A stretch of DNA of 64,000 nucleotides, taken from contig CAZHTA010000005.1 in the NCBI GenBank assembly GCA_964535515.1, positions 13 through 64,012 of the forward strand. Direction: 5' to 3'. The notes below the pieces were generated by a model. The model worked only from the letters and a program-made list of their open reading frames with translations, ran no database searches and was not told the origin of the DNA. This document shows positions 50,108 to 59,901 of the stretch, piece by piece; the stretch's first letter is position 1, and each line of letters starts with the position of its first letter. Made by a program: the position numbers and the translations under genes. This stretch comes from an uncultured Gammaproteobacteria bacterium (GTDB taxonomy: Bacteria > Patescibacteriota > Patescibacteriia > Magasanikbacterales > GWA2-37-8).

Positions 50108-51422
50108 AATATATATTTGATTTATTAATTCCTAGACTAATTAATTGTTTTTTTAGAGACATCATCATTCCTGATGGCCCGCAGATGTATGCTTCGCGCG
50201 AACCAATATCAGGTACGAGGCAAGAAATACAGACTTCATTTATTAATTTGAATTTACTGTCGCTTTCTTCTTCGCTGGTGATATAGTGTACTTTTAAATT
50301 GTTGGAATATTTTTTTGCTAAGTCTTCCAGCTCTTGTTTGAAGATAATCTGGTTGGTTCTGCGAGCGCTATATAATAGTACCAAATTTTTATTGTTTTTT
50401 GCAAGTTGTTCAATTAAAGCGCGTATTGGTGTTATCCCCACACCGCCAGCAATCAGGAGGATTTTGTCTTTTTGTTTTTCTTTTTCGGTAAATATTCCAT
50501 TAGGTCCGTCGATTATTACTTTTGTTCCTATTGAGATGTCTTTTAATGTCGCACTGGAGTCGCCGAGATTTTTAACCGTTATTCTTAGATATTCTTTTCC
50601 TGGTATATCAGAAAAAGAATAAGGGTGGGATTCTGGCCAGATTTTTTTGTTTAGGAAGCGGAAGATGCCAAATTGTCCAGCCTTGTAAGAGAATTCGTTT
50701 ATTTTGTTTCCTTTAATATATATTGATGTTGTATCGATAGTTTCGGTAACTATTTTATCGACATAAAATTGATGTTTTTTGAAGAGGTAAATTTGCCAAA
50801 AGAATCGATAGAAAACAAAGTTAATACCAGTGAACACATAGAGTAAAATCCAATAGGCAGCAAAAAGGTGGTTAGTGTTTAAATCAAAGCCAGATTCTAG
50901 TTGATGGCTGTAAGCTAATAAAATTGCTAAGTATGAAATCAGGTGAACATAATACCAGTTCTCATATTTCATTCTTTTCTTTACCAAAGTGATTGACCCG
51001 ATGATTGTTATAATAAACAATATCAAAGAAATTGTAGCAGGTAAGAGCTCTTCCCAGTTAGTAAGGAAATCCCAAAATTGTCCAATCCAGCTTAATTCAT
51101 ATATCTGGGCATAGCCAGCAAGGAGTAGTAGGAAATGCAAAACGATTAGTAAAAAAGCTCCTATGCCTAGCCAGTGGTGGGCTAAAGATAGCCTATCAAG
51201 CCCAAATATTTTTTCAATCCACTTTACTCGGCCAATTACTAATAGTTGGACTAAGATAAAATATACAGCCAACAAACCGGCGATTCTACCAAAAACAATT
51301 AAGACGGTCGATGGGCTAGGACTGTTTAATAATGATTTTCCCGAGATTGCCCACCAGAAAGAAACAATAATTAGCAAGTTTACTGAAAACAAAATATAGA
51401 GTAATGATTTTTTCATAGCCAT
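50088..51422 (-). CDS. Ferric reductase-like TM domain fused to FAD/NAD oxidoreductase
   Basis: HHWLG..LH, VH..SH heme ligands, HPYS, GDSS, DGPNG, AGGVGITP, CGP, EKF. Confidence 0.9.
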   Translation of the reverse strand: MAMKKSLLYILFSVNLLIIVSFWWAISGKSLLNSPSPSTVLIVFGRIAGLLAVYFILVQLLVIGRVKWIEKIFGLDRLSLAHHWLGIGAFLLIVLHFLLLLAGYAQIYELSWIGQFWDFLTNWEELLPATISLILFIITIIGSITLVKKRMKYENWYYVHLISYLAILLAYSHQLESGFDLNTNHLFAAYWILLYVFTGINFVFYRFFWQIYLFKKHQFYVDKIVTETIDTTSIYIKGNKINEFSYKAGQFGIFRFLNKKIWPESHPYSFSDIPGKEYLRITVKNLGDSSATLKDISIGTKVIIDGPNGIFTEKEKQKDKILLIAGGVGITPIRALIEQLAKNNKNLVLLYSARRTNQIIFKQELEDLAKKYSNNLKVHYITSEEESDSKFKLINEVCISCLVPDIGSREAYICGPSGMMMSLKKQLISLGINKSNIYYEKFSF

Positions 51423-51425
51423 TTT

Positions 51426-51875
51426 CTAGAAGCCGCGTTCGTTTTTAATTTTCTTTAAAATATTGAGCGGGCTTTCTTTGCAGAAGTTTCCAATGTAGGT
51501 TTTAACTAAGTTTTTCTTTAGAACAGCGGGTAGGGCTTTTTCTAGTTCTTTAATAATGGTATCTGGTGCGAACAAATAAACAAGATCAATTTTTTGTTCA
51601 GTTGATAATCTTTTTGTTTCTTCTTTAAAACTTTTAACAAAGTCTCGTCGTGCTGCCTTTTTTATTTTTTCAGTTATGGCACCGGTTTCAAAAGCCACTG
51701 AACCACGACGAGAAGAGTCTTCGCGATCAGAAAATTTAGTTTTTTCTAATTTAAAATGGAAGACGCCGCTGATCATGCTGTTTTGGGCAAGGAAGAAGTC
51801 GGCTTCTTCTGTGCCAGTTACCAAAATTAATCCAGTTTTGTTTTTGAACTGTATTAGCGTAGATGGTATTTTCAT
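51426..51875 (-). CDS. Host-attachment/baeRF-like protein
   Basis: Pattern ..FVKSF..E..LVYLFAP..LEKALP..L resembles the family; weak match. Confidence 0.5.
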   Translation of the reverse strand: MKIPSTLIQFKNKTGLILVTGTEEADFFLAQNSMISGVFHFKLEKTKFSDREDSSRRGSVAFETGAITEKIKKAARRDFVKSFKEETKRLSTEQKIDLVYLFAPDTIIKELEKALPAVLKKNLVKTYIGNFCKESPLNILKKIKNERGF

Positions 51876-51985
51876 ATTTAATTAAATATTAAATTATGTT
51901 TTAGGTTGTGTTTTTTGGTCAAAACACATATAATTAGTATACCAGAATTGATTTAAATTAGCTACTGGTTTTTAAAGATGATTTT

Positions 51986-52483
51986 ATGCGTACTGCCAAT
52001 CGAAAACCCGGGAAATTTAGCATTCTTAAGCCAGACCCAGTTTTAACTAAAGAAAAGTTTGGGGAGCTAGAAAGTAAATTAGAAAAATTGAAAAAGGCTA
52101 AACCAGGGGCAGCGGTTGAAGTCGCCCGTTTAGCTGAATTGGGTGATTTTTCGGAAAATGTTGAATATCAGATGGCTAAAGGTAAACTACGAGGAATTAA
52201 CAATGCTATTTTAAATTTAGAAAACCAACTGCACGAAGCGGTGGTGGTTAAAGAACATAAACCGTCTGGGGTTGTACAAATTGGTAGTACTGTGACCGTC
52301 GCTCGGGGCGGGGAAGAAAAAGTATATAAAATCTTAGGATCAGTTGAATCTGACCCTAATAAAGGGGTGATTTCTTACAATTCTCCGATCGGTGAGGCTT
52401 TAATGGGATGTGAGGCAGGGGAGAAAGTACTAGTAAAATTAGCAGATCGAGAAGTTGAGTATATGGTGGTAAAGATAGAGTAA
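51986..52483 (+). CDS. greA: GreA/GreB transcription elongation factor
   Basis: GDFSENVEY, VQIGSTV, ISYNSPIGEAL. Confidence 0.9.
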   Translation: MRTANRKPGKFSILKPDPVLTKEKFGELESKLEKLKKAKPGAAVEVARLAELGDFSENVEYQMAKGKLRGINNAILNLENQLHEAVVVKEHKPSGVVQIGSTVTVARGGEEKVYKILGSVESDPNKGVISYNSPIGEALMGCEAGEKVLVKLADREVEYMVVKIE

Positions 52484-52620
52484 TTCTTGTCTTTGTTATC
52501 ACGCATTGACTTTTTATTGTTTTTGTGGTATACTAATTCTACAAAAATATCCTTGGAAACCTCGTCGACTTTCTTCAACGGATATATAAAATTTTGTAAT
52601 TATTTATTAGTTTTTCTCGT

Positions 52621-52821
52621 ATGAAAGGTACTATCAAAAGTATTATTGCTGAGAAGCATTTCGGCTTCATCACACCAGAAGATGGCTCAAAGGACGTTTT
52701 CTTCCACGAAAGCGGTCTTACAGAAGTTCAATTCTCTGAATTGAAATCTGGCGATGTTGTCAGCTTCGATGTAGAGCAATCTGAAAAGGGTCCTCGCGCT
52801 ATCAACGTTGTTCGCGCTTAA
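52621..52821 (+). CDS. Cold-shock protein
   Basis: HFGFI (RNP1), VFFH (RNP2), KGPRA; terminator at 52841-52872. Confidence 0.95.
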   Translation: MKGTIKSIIAEKHFGFITPEDGSKDVFFHESGLTEVQFSELKSGDVVSFDVEQSEKGPRAINVVRA

Positions 52822-52966
52822 GTCTTTTTCGAAAGCATTAACACCAGGCACTATTTTAGTGCCTGGTGTTTTGTTTTTTATTGACAAAAGGCTAAAAATA
52901 TGAGATTATGTCGTTGTAGCGAACCTTTTTAAAGGCTCGCTATTCATATCAATTAAAGAAATAAGT

Positions 52967-54418
52967 ATGGCAGAAGACGTAATTTTACGTTTTGATAATG
53001 TAACATTTGAGTATGCTGATAAAAAACCGGTTTTAGACGAGGTTTTTTTTGGTGTACGTAAAGGTGCGAAGATAACCTTAATGGGGCAAAATGGCGCTGG
53101 GAAAAGTACAATATTTAAATTGATTAAACAAGAATTAAAGCCAACCAAAGGTAAGGTGTTTATTACTAACGAAGCTAGCATTGCCACCGCGTTACAAATG
53201 GTTGAAAAGCAAGACTTAAACTTAACGGTGGAGCAATATTTTGCTAAATCTTTCCATAGTGTTCCGGGCAATATTAAGAGTCAGATAAGCAAAGTAATGA
53301 ATGCGGTTAATTTAGCTGTACCAATTGATTTGAAAGTAGGGGATTTATCTGGCGGTCAACAAGCAAGACTTTTGCTCGCTTATGCCCTTATTCAGAATCC
53401 AGATATCTTGCTTTTGGATGAGCCTACAAACAACCTGGATAGGGATGGTATCGACCATTTGATACAGTTTTTAGTAATGTACGACAAAACAGTAATGGTG
53501 ATTTCCCACGATGCTGACTTCTTGAATTGTTTTACTGAAGGAGTGGTTTATCTTGATGTTTTTACTAAAAAAGTAGAAACATATGTTGGTGATTACTATT
53601 CTGTGGTAGAAGAAATTAAAAGCAGAATTGAAAGAGAGATAAAGAAGAATGCTCAGTTAGAAAAAGAAATTAAAGACAACAAAGAGAAGGTTAACTTTTT
53701 TGCTCACAAGGGTGGTAAGATGCGTAAATTAGCAAGTAAGTTAAAAGAAGAGGTGGAAGATTTGGAAGAAAATAAAGTGGATGTTCGTAGAGAAGACAAG
53801 ACTATTAGAGAATTTACTATTCCCGCTCAGGGTATTGTTGGTAATGTAGTGGTAATCAAATCGGTAAAAGTAATTAAGAATCATGAGTCAGAAACTAAAG
53901 ATGTAGATATATTATTAAGGCAAAGAGATCGTCTTTTAATCTCTGGACCGAATGGTATTGGTAAAAGCACGTTGTTGCGTTCTTTGATAAGCGGTACTAG
54001 TGAAGGTGCAACTATCTTAAAAGATACTCGTGTTGGCTATTATAGCCAGGATTTTGCCACTTTAGATTACAATCAAACAGTTTTTGATTCTTTAAAAAGT
54101 GTATTAACCGCAGAAACCGATATCCAAGAGATGCGCTCGGTGGCGGCTGGTTTTTTGATTACCGGTGAGTTAATGGGGTTAAATATTTCTCATTTATCCG
54201 AAGGTCAAAAAGGACTATTGTCTTTTGCTCGATTGGTATTGATGCGGCCGGGTCTTTTGGTGTTGGACGAGCCTACTAACCACATCAATTTTCGCCATAT
54301 TCCCGTTATTGCTAAGGCAATAAACGAATTTGATGGTGCTATCATCCTCATTAGTCATATGCCAGATTTTGTCAAAGAAATTGAGTTTAATAACGAACTT
54401 GACCTTGGGAAGCTCTAA
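52967..54418 (+). CDS. ABC-F family ATPase
   Basis: Two ABC domains (GQNGAGKS, LSGGQ, LDEPTN; GPNGIGKS, LSEGQ) and no TM segments. Confidence 0.92.
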   Translation: MAEDVILRFDNVTFEYADKKPVLDEVFFGVRKGAKITLMGQNGAGKSTIFKLIKQELKPTKGKVFITNEASIATALQMVEKQDLNLTVEQYFAKSFHSVPGNIKSQISKVMNAVNLAVPIDLKVGDLSGGQQARLLLAYALIQNPDILLLDEPTNNLDRDGIDHLIQFLVMYDKTVMVISHDADFLNCFTEGVVYLDVFTKKVETYVGDYYSVVEEIKSRIEREIKKNAQLEKEIKDNKEKVNFFAHKGGKMRKLASKLKEEVEDLEENKVDVRREDKTIREFTIPAQGIVGNVVVIKSVKVIKNHESETKDVDILLRQRDRLLISGPNGIGKSTLLRSLISGTSEGATILKDTRVGYYSQDFATLDYNQTVFDSLKSVLTAETDIQEMRSVAAGFLITGELMGLNISHLSEGQKGLLSFARLVLMRPGLLVLDEPTNHINFRHIPVIAKAINEFDGAIILISHMPDFVKEIEFNNELDLGKL

Positions 54419-54498
54419 AAGCAGCCTGGCTATTGATTTTTATTAAGATTTGTGCTAAACTAATGGAAATTACATTTTAAGTAATTCAAATATATCGT

Positions 54499-55155
54499 AT
54501 GGGTAATTATAATCGAGACAACGGAAGATCTAGTGGCGGCGGTGGACGCGGTGGTTTTGGTGGTCCAAGTAGATCATTTGGCGGTGGTGGACGGTCATTT
54601 GGCGGTGGTGGTAGATCGTTCGGTGGTGGTAGAGATGGTGGTAAGCCAGCTATGCACAAAGCTACTTGTAGTGAATGTGGTTCTAGTTGTGAGCTTCCTT
54701 TCAAGCCTACCGGCGACAGACCTGTTTTTTGCAGCACATGTTTTGGTAAGCAGCAAGACGGTGGTGGCAGCGCTAGACCATCTAGTTTTGGTGGTGAAAG
54801 ACGCGAAAGACCTCGTTTTGAAGACAAACAAATGCATGATGCTACTTGTGGCAAATGTGGTAAAGAATGCCAAGTACCTTTTAGACCAATGGCTGGTAAA
54901 TCAGTTTTTTGTAATGATTGTTTTGAAAAGGGTGGAAGTAAAGATTCTGGTGAAGTCATGGAACAATTAAAAGCTTTACATGTTAAAGTTGACAAGTTGA
55001 TGGCTTTTTTAAATCCAAAGGCTCCAGTAGAAAAAGCTGAGAAGGTAGAGGTGAAAAAAGAAGTAGCTGTTAAAAAAGAGGTTGTAAAGGAAAAGAAAGA
55101 AAAAGTAAAAGCAAAAGCTGCTCCAAAAAAAGTAGCAGCTAAGAAGAAGAAATAA
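54499..55155 (+). CDS. CxxC-x17-CxxC domain protein with Gly/Arg-rich N-terminus and Lys-rich tail
   Basis: Two MHxATCxxCG..C.(L/V)PF.P...VFCxxCF modules and RSFGGGG repeats. Confidence 0.9.
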   Translation: MGNYNRDNGRSSGGGGRGGFGGPSRSFGGGGRSFGGGGRSFGGGRDGGKPAMHKATCSECGSSCELPFKPTGDRPVFCSTCFGKQQDGGGSARPSSFGGERRERPRFEDKQMHDATCGKCGKECQVPFRPMAGKSVFCNDCFEKGGSKDSGEVMEQLKALHVKVDKLMAFLNPKAPVEKAEKVEVKKEVAVKKEVVKEKKEKVKAKAAPKKVAAKKKK

Positions 55156-55249
55156 AAAACAAAATTTTTTAAAACCCCGACTGTAAAAAGTTGGGGTTTT
55201 TGTTAAAAAAACACCCTCCACATAAGTGAGGGTGTTTGATTTTGTAGGT

Positions 55250-55363
55250 TTAAGCTTGTTCGCTTGTAGTATCTTCGGTCGGTGGAGTAGCAGGTTCGAC
55301 TGGAGCGTCACTAGGGGTTGGGGTAGCAGTAGTTTCTTCTCCGTCAAGATTGTTGAACACCAT
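55250..55363 (-). CDS. 37-aa acidic Thr/Pro-rich small peptide (absent from the ORF track)
   Basis: MVFNNLDGEETTATPTPSDAPVEPATPPTEDTTSEQA*; promoter TTGACA-N17-TAAACT (55418-55446) and terminator at 55205-55237. Confidence 0.6.
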   Translation of the reverse strand: MVFNNLDGEETTATPTPSDAPVEPATPPTEDTTSEQA

Positions 55364-55493
55364 AGTGTACAATGTTAGTTAATAATCTGCCAACTAGTGG
55401 TAGCTAACATTGGCGATAGTTTAACAGAAAATGTTGCTTGTGTCAACGCTGAGCTTTTGTTTGTGTGATTAGAGTGTGCGATGTTTTGTTTTT

Positions 55494-56810
55494 TTATACA
55501 AACAACAACCAGACTGAACTCGCAATTACAATTGAGACAGCGGCTACTAAAAATTTTAAAGCAAATTTTCGGTCACCTTGTAGGTAAGAGTAAGTGGTTT
55601 TACTTAACAAGTTGGTGGCATTAACCAACAAGAAAGTAATTAAAGCAAATTTGAAAGTAATTGTTTGTCCAGCCATTTCTGCTAAGTTCACTAGGATTGC
55701 GTCGATACCAGCAAAAGAAGCAATAATTGAACTGATAATAAAACCAGATTGACCAAATAGAATTAAGCAGATTTTTGTTACAATTTTTACGATAATCAAG
55801 ATGCCGGCAAATTTTAGCGCTGGCATTAAAGAAAATATTTTACCAGCAGTTAATTCTACCTCTTTTTCTTGTTTGTTAGGTTCTTTCTTTCTTAAGAAAA
55901 TTATGGAAATTAAACCAGCAGTGAGAATCATGATAATAATGCTGGGTGCGATAGAGACAAGCCATCGTGGGTTAAGAGGTCCAACTAATAAAAATATTTG
56001 TAAGAAGCTTGCGAGATTAGCTAAAACTGCTGCTCCAACCAAATGATTAATGAAATTGGTTTTTTTACTCTTTTGCGCCAGAGATTGTGTGGCGGAAGTA
56101 GAAGAAACAAAACCAGCGATGAAACTGGTTAACGCAAAGCCTTTTTTGCTACCGACGAACTTACTCAAGAGATATCCGAATACATCAATACCTGTGATCA
56201 ACACCACAACTAACCAGATTTTTCGTGGGTTTATTAAATCAAGAGTATTAAATTTACCTAAATCAACATTAAAACCTTGTAAAATTGATGATAAGACTGG
56301 AATATCTTTTAATTTGTAGGCAATGTCTGGTAAAAATGGTAATACCACTAATGCGATAATAGCATAGCTAATAAAGGCCTGGAGTTCTTGTCTAGAAACA
56401 CCAGCTACGATTTGGCTGGTTTTAGATTTTAAAGACAGAATAAACATTAATATGACAAAGATAGCAATAATTATTTGGATTGGGATGATGTCTAATACTA
56501 ATAACAAACCAATTAAGAAGGTTATGATAACCGATAGCTCGCTAGTGATCCCAAAGTCGTGGGTGGTAGAAGAACCGACAATGTAGTAAGAAATTAGTAA
56601 GATTAAAAATCCAGCGGCCATTAAAAGCGCTAATGAAGAAAAATCATTAGTAAAAAATATGCCAACTAAAGCACCAATTAAAGCAATTAAAGAATAGGTG
56701 CGCATGCCGCCGATTCCACCGTTGCCTTGGTTGCTACCTTCGCGTTCTAAGCCAATTGTTGCACCAAAGACAATTGCTAATATTAATTTTATAAATAGTC
56801 CGGTAAACAT
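55494..56810 (-). CDS. MgtC/SapB family + DUF4010 membrane protein
   Basis: IGLERE, GMRTYSL, GITSE, GFVSSTSAT. Confidence 0.9.
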   Translation of the reverse strand: MFTGLFIKLILAIVFGATIGLEREGSNQGNGGIGGMRTYSLIALIGALVGIFFTNDFSSLALLMAAGFLILLISYYIVGSSTTHDFGITSELSVIITFLIGLLLVLDIIPIQIIIAIFVILMFILSLKSKTSQIVAGVSRQELQAFISYAIIALVVLPFLPDIAYKLKDIPVLSSILQGFNVDLGKFNTLDLINPRKIWLVVVLITGIDVFGYLLSKFVGSKKGFALTSFIAGFVSSTSATQSLAQKSKKTNFINHLVGAAVLANLASFLQIFLLVGPLNPRWLVSIAPSIIIMILTAGLISIIFLRKKEPNKQEKEVELTAGKIFSLMPALKFAGILIIVKIVTKICLILFGQSGFIISSIIASFAGIDAILVNLAEMAGQTITFKFALITFLLVNATNLLSKTTYSYLQGDRKFALKFLVAAVSIVIASSVWLLFV

Positions 56811-56830
56811 AAATTAAACAATATTAGTTA

Positions 56831-57634
56831 TTATGAATTTTTAGGATAGGGGATCGGGAACAATCCTTTTGCTTTGAAAGCATTAGTTTTTTCTCCGTTA
56901 ATCGTTAATTTGGCGTAAAAATTAAATTTTTCTACATTTACTAAATCTTCGGGGTTAAACCCGAATCCGCTTCCTACTTGTTTGGCGGTGCGACCGTCGG
57001 CAGTAAAACAAATGACATGATCAACTACATCAAAGAGTTGTTGTAAATCATCATCAGAATAGTGACTGATTGATTGGTCAGAAAAATGACATTTGATTCC
57101 GTATTCTTTGTTTGCAGCGATATCGTATTCTTTGTTTACGAAATTATGGAATTCATCGATAAAAAGAGATGTGTTGTTCAAATCACTTTTTAATTTATAA
57201 TATTCATTTAATATGTACGTTCCGATTTCACGAGCAACATGGCTGCCGATTATCTGATAGCTTATTTTGCATAATATGAATTTACCATTTTTAATTTCCG
57301 TTAAGTCAATTTCTTGCTTAAATTTGTTTATATTAAATTCGGCATCTCCTTTGTCTGCTTCAAATATGATTACGTTGTCTTTGTTTGCATATTGCAATAC
57401 GTCGTTGATAAGGTCCCCGTATGGATCGATAAAGAGTCCACCTCTCGAATTTACTAAGTCTGAGATTAATAAAGTTTCTAACAAAACACTTTTACCGGTG
57501 CCACTTCTTCCTAATACAAGCATGTTTCCTTTTCTGTCTTCTTGGCTTAATCCAAAAGTGCTCCCATCATCAGTTACTCCGATTGCTAGGGCGTCATCTG
57601 TTAAAACATCAGTAATTATTTTTGGCTCTGCCAT
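56831..57634 (-). CDS. Short HerA/VirD4-like (DUF87) P-loop protein
   Basis: GRSGTGKS, IDPYGD, LFIDEFHNF. Confidence 0.75.
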   Translation of the reverse strand: MAEPKIITDVLTDDALAIGVTDDGSTFGLSQEDRKGNMLVLGRSGTGKSVLLETLLISDLVNSRGGLFIDPYGDLINDVLQYANKDNVIIFEADKGDAEFNINKFKQEIDLTEIKNGKFILCKISYQIIGSHVAREIGTYILNEYYKLKSDLNNTSLFIDEFHNFVNKEYDIAANKEYGIKCHFSDQSISHYSDDDLQQLFDVVDHVICFTADGRTAKQVGSGFGFNPEDLVNVEKFNFYAKLTINGEKTNAFKAKGLFPIPYPKNS

Positions 57635-57637
57635 ATT

Positions 57638-57889
57638 TTATATATTAGTTAAATTAATTAGTTTTAGTTTGTTTTCTCTTGTTAGTTTTTTCATTTGACT
57701 TTCTGCCTTAGAAACAGAAGAGCGGTTACGGAATTTTTTTGAATATACAAGTTTTACTGGTCGACGCGCTCGGGTATATTTTGCCCCGAGCTGGGAGGTG
57801 TTGTGTTCTTTAACTCTTCGATCCAGATTAACAGTAATGCCAGTGTATAATGTTTTATCGGCACATTCAAGAATGTATAGGTGATACAT
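57638..57889 (-). CDS. GIY-YIG nuclease (YhbQ/UPF0213-like)
   Basis: LYILEC..LYTGIT..RR..EHN..GAKYTR. Confidence 0.92.
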   Translation of the reverse strand: MYHLYILECADKTLYTGITVNLDRRVKEHNTSQLGAKYTRARRPVKLVYSKKFRNRSSVSKAESQMKKLTRENKLKLINLTNI

Positions 57890-57890
57890 A

Positions 57891-58307
57891 TTATTCAATC
57901 GTTCGTCTGCCAACTTTTATTTGTGATCGTATTTTTTTGGATTCGATCCTTCTTAGTTTAGAAGCTTTGGTCGGCCGGGTAGGTTGACGTTTTTTTGGTA
58001 TATGTAAAGCTTTGGTTACTAATGTTTGAAGTCGGGAAGTCGCTAAAATACGGTTTTGCGGCTGTGAACGTTCTTCCTCTGAGGTAATTACTATTTCACC
58101 ATAATTACTGATCCTATTGGCCAATTTTGACCGTACACGAGCCTTTTCTTCTGGGGTTAAAATATGTGAATGATCCACTGACCAATGGACAGTTGCTTTG
58201 GTTGAAGTTTTGTTAACATTTTGTCCTCCCGCACCAGATGAGCGAGCAAAGCTCACCTTAATCTCATTCGCTGGTATGTGAATAGGGGAGGTGGTATTTT
58301 TTAACAT
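57891..58307 (-). CDS. arfB: Alternative ribosome rescue factor ArfB
   Basis: RSSGAGGQNVNK, ERSQPQN, basic tail R.PTRPT. Confidence 0.93.
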   Translation of the reverse strand: MLKNTTSPIHIPANEIKVSFARSSGAGGQNVNKTSTKATVHWSVDHSHILTPEEKARVRSKLANRISNYGEIVITSEEERSQPQNRILATSRLQTLVTKALHIPKKRQPTRPTKASKLRRIESKKIRSQIKVGRRTIE

Positions 58308-58423
58308 ATGTTAACTTTAGACTACTGAGATTAATTATATCATTTTTATAGGAAAATCATAGGATTTGTGAATTAGGTCGTGATATTGTACAATTCAGTA
58401 GGTATTTTAATTATATTAAATTT

Positions 58424-58876
58424 ATGCAAGAAGAACGTTTTAAATTAAGAGCGTCAGTACATATTCTTTTTCTTAAGGAGGACCAACTACTACTTTCTTT
58501 GAGAAAAAATATTAGCTCTGATGGTTTATATGGAGTGGTGGCCGGTCATTTGGATGGCGGAGAGTCAGTAACACAAACGATTATACGAGAAGCCAGAGAA
58601 GAAGCGGATGTAGAAATTGGTTTGGGTGATTTTGAAATAGCAACTGTTTGTCACAGTCTGATTTCACAGAGTAAAATAGAATACATCCAATTTTATGTTA
58701 TTTGCAGGAGCTGGCAGGGGGAGATAAAAAACAAGGAATTAGGCAAATGCGGTGAGTTGAAATTTTTCCCGATTAATTCATTGCCAGAAAACATGGTGCC
58801 GTATGTAAGAGATGGTATAGAAAAAACATTGGCGGGTGTTAAATATTATGAATATGGATGGAATGGGGAACAGTAA
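58424..58876 (+). CDS. NUDIX hydrolase
   Basis: AGHLDGGES...IREAREEAD. Confidence 0.9.
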   Translation: MQEERFKLRASVHILFLKEDQLLLSLRKNISSDGLYGVVAGHLDGGESVTQTIIREAREEADVEIGLGDFEIATVCHSLISQSKIEYIQFYVICRSWQGEIKNKELGKCGELKFFPINSLPENMVPYVRDGIEKTLAGVKYYEYGWNGEQ

Positions 58877-58887
58877 GGTGAAAAAAA

Positions 58888-59229
58888 TTAAGTATGCAAC
58901 AAACAAGCGCACGGTTTTTGTTTTAATATTTCTTTTTGTTCTTTAATTGTGTTAATAAAAACACTTTGGCTTTTTAAGCCGGTAGCCAATTTTTTATCGA
59001 GCGGGGTATGGTGAGAATAACCGCGGTTAGCGAATTCTCTTATTAGTGCTTCATGTCGTAGGTAAAGAGCGTGTTGTTTGCCTACCCAACGTAAGGTCTC
59101 TGGATGGTGCGAATAACCACCTTTACCTTTATGTTTGGTTAAAATATTCCAAAGGCCATGAAGTTCTCGGTGTTCGGCGAGTAAATGTTTGTGGCATAAA
59201 TGCTTTGGATGTATGTCCCAGACACGCAT
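58888..59229 (-). CDS. Pyrimidine dimer DNA glycosylase / T4 endonuclease V-like protein
   Basis: MRVWDIHP..L...HLLAEHRELH, HHPE, E..RGY. Confidence 0.85.
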   Translation of the reverse strand: MRVWDIHPKHLCHKHLLAEHRELHGLWNILTKHKGKGGYSHHPETLRWVGKQHALYLRHEALIREFANRGYSHHTPLDKKLATGLKSQSVFINTIKEQKEILKQKPCACLLHT

Positions 59230-59230
59230 A

Positions 59231-59884
59231 TTATTTTATTTTGGGTTGGTTAAAAATGTTTTTCTTGCCCTTGCCGATAATTTTTGTATTATTGCCATTA
59301 ATTAATATTGCCTGTTCGTCAGTTAAGGATATGATTTTATATTTTGTATTTTTAGCTTCTTCTTTAACAATCGGATATGACTTTTTGTCGAGATGGGCTG
59401 TTACTAAAAATGGGACGAAATTAAAACTTTTCAAATTTTTAAGTCCGATTAAGTTTTCATCCACATTTTTCCAAGTCGCAGCTTCGATTGTCGGCGCCGC
59501 GATATAGCTGCCGGCGCTTAATCCGACATAGACGCCGTCTTTCTTTACAAAATCTTTTATTATTTTATAAAGACCAGTTTCTTTAATTCTGGATAAATAC
59601 TCAAAAGTATTTCCTCCAAAAACAAAAATTACGTCAGTATCCGTTAGTTCTTTTTTGTTTACCTTCCTATCTAGTTGGAAAAAGGTAATATTTTTTTCTG
59701 GTATTTTGATTCCATTAAATTGGATGAGCTGTTTTAAAATGTATTTATTTCTTTTAAGATATTTGATCGGGGTGATAACTAAAAAAATTTTAATTTCAGC
59801 GGGTTTTTTATTAACTAGTTTTAATAATTCCTTGCCGATAGCAGGATTTTCCCCCCAACCAGCGGATGTAAGAAGTAGTTTCAT
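59231..59884 (-). CDS. Peptidase S51 (dipeptidase E-like)
   Basis: LLLTSAG, GGNTF, GLSAGS. Confidence 0.88.
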   Translation of the reverse strand: MKLLLTSAGWGENPAIGKELLKLVNKKPAEIKIFLVITPIKYLKRNKYILKQLIQFNGIKIPEKNITFFQLDRKVNKKELTDTDVIFVFGGNTFEYLSRIKETGLYKIIKDFVKKDGVYVGLSAGSYIAAPTIEAATWKNVDENLIGLKNLKSFNFVPFLVTAHLDKKSYPIVKEEAKNTKYKIISLTDEQAILINGNNTKIIGKGKKNIFNQPKIK

Positions 59885-59901
59885 ATAAATTGTCAGTTTA
59901 A

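Noticed and set aside
54560-54630. 21-bp tandem repeats as a possible CRISPR array
   Set aside because: They are in-frame RSFGGGG coding repeats, with no spacers or cas genes.
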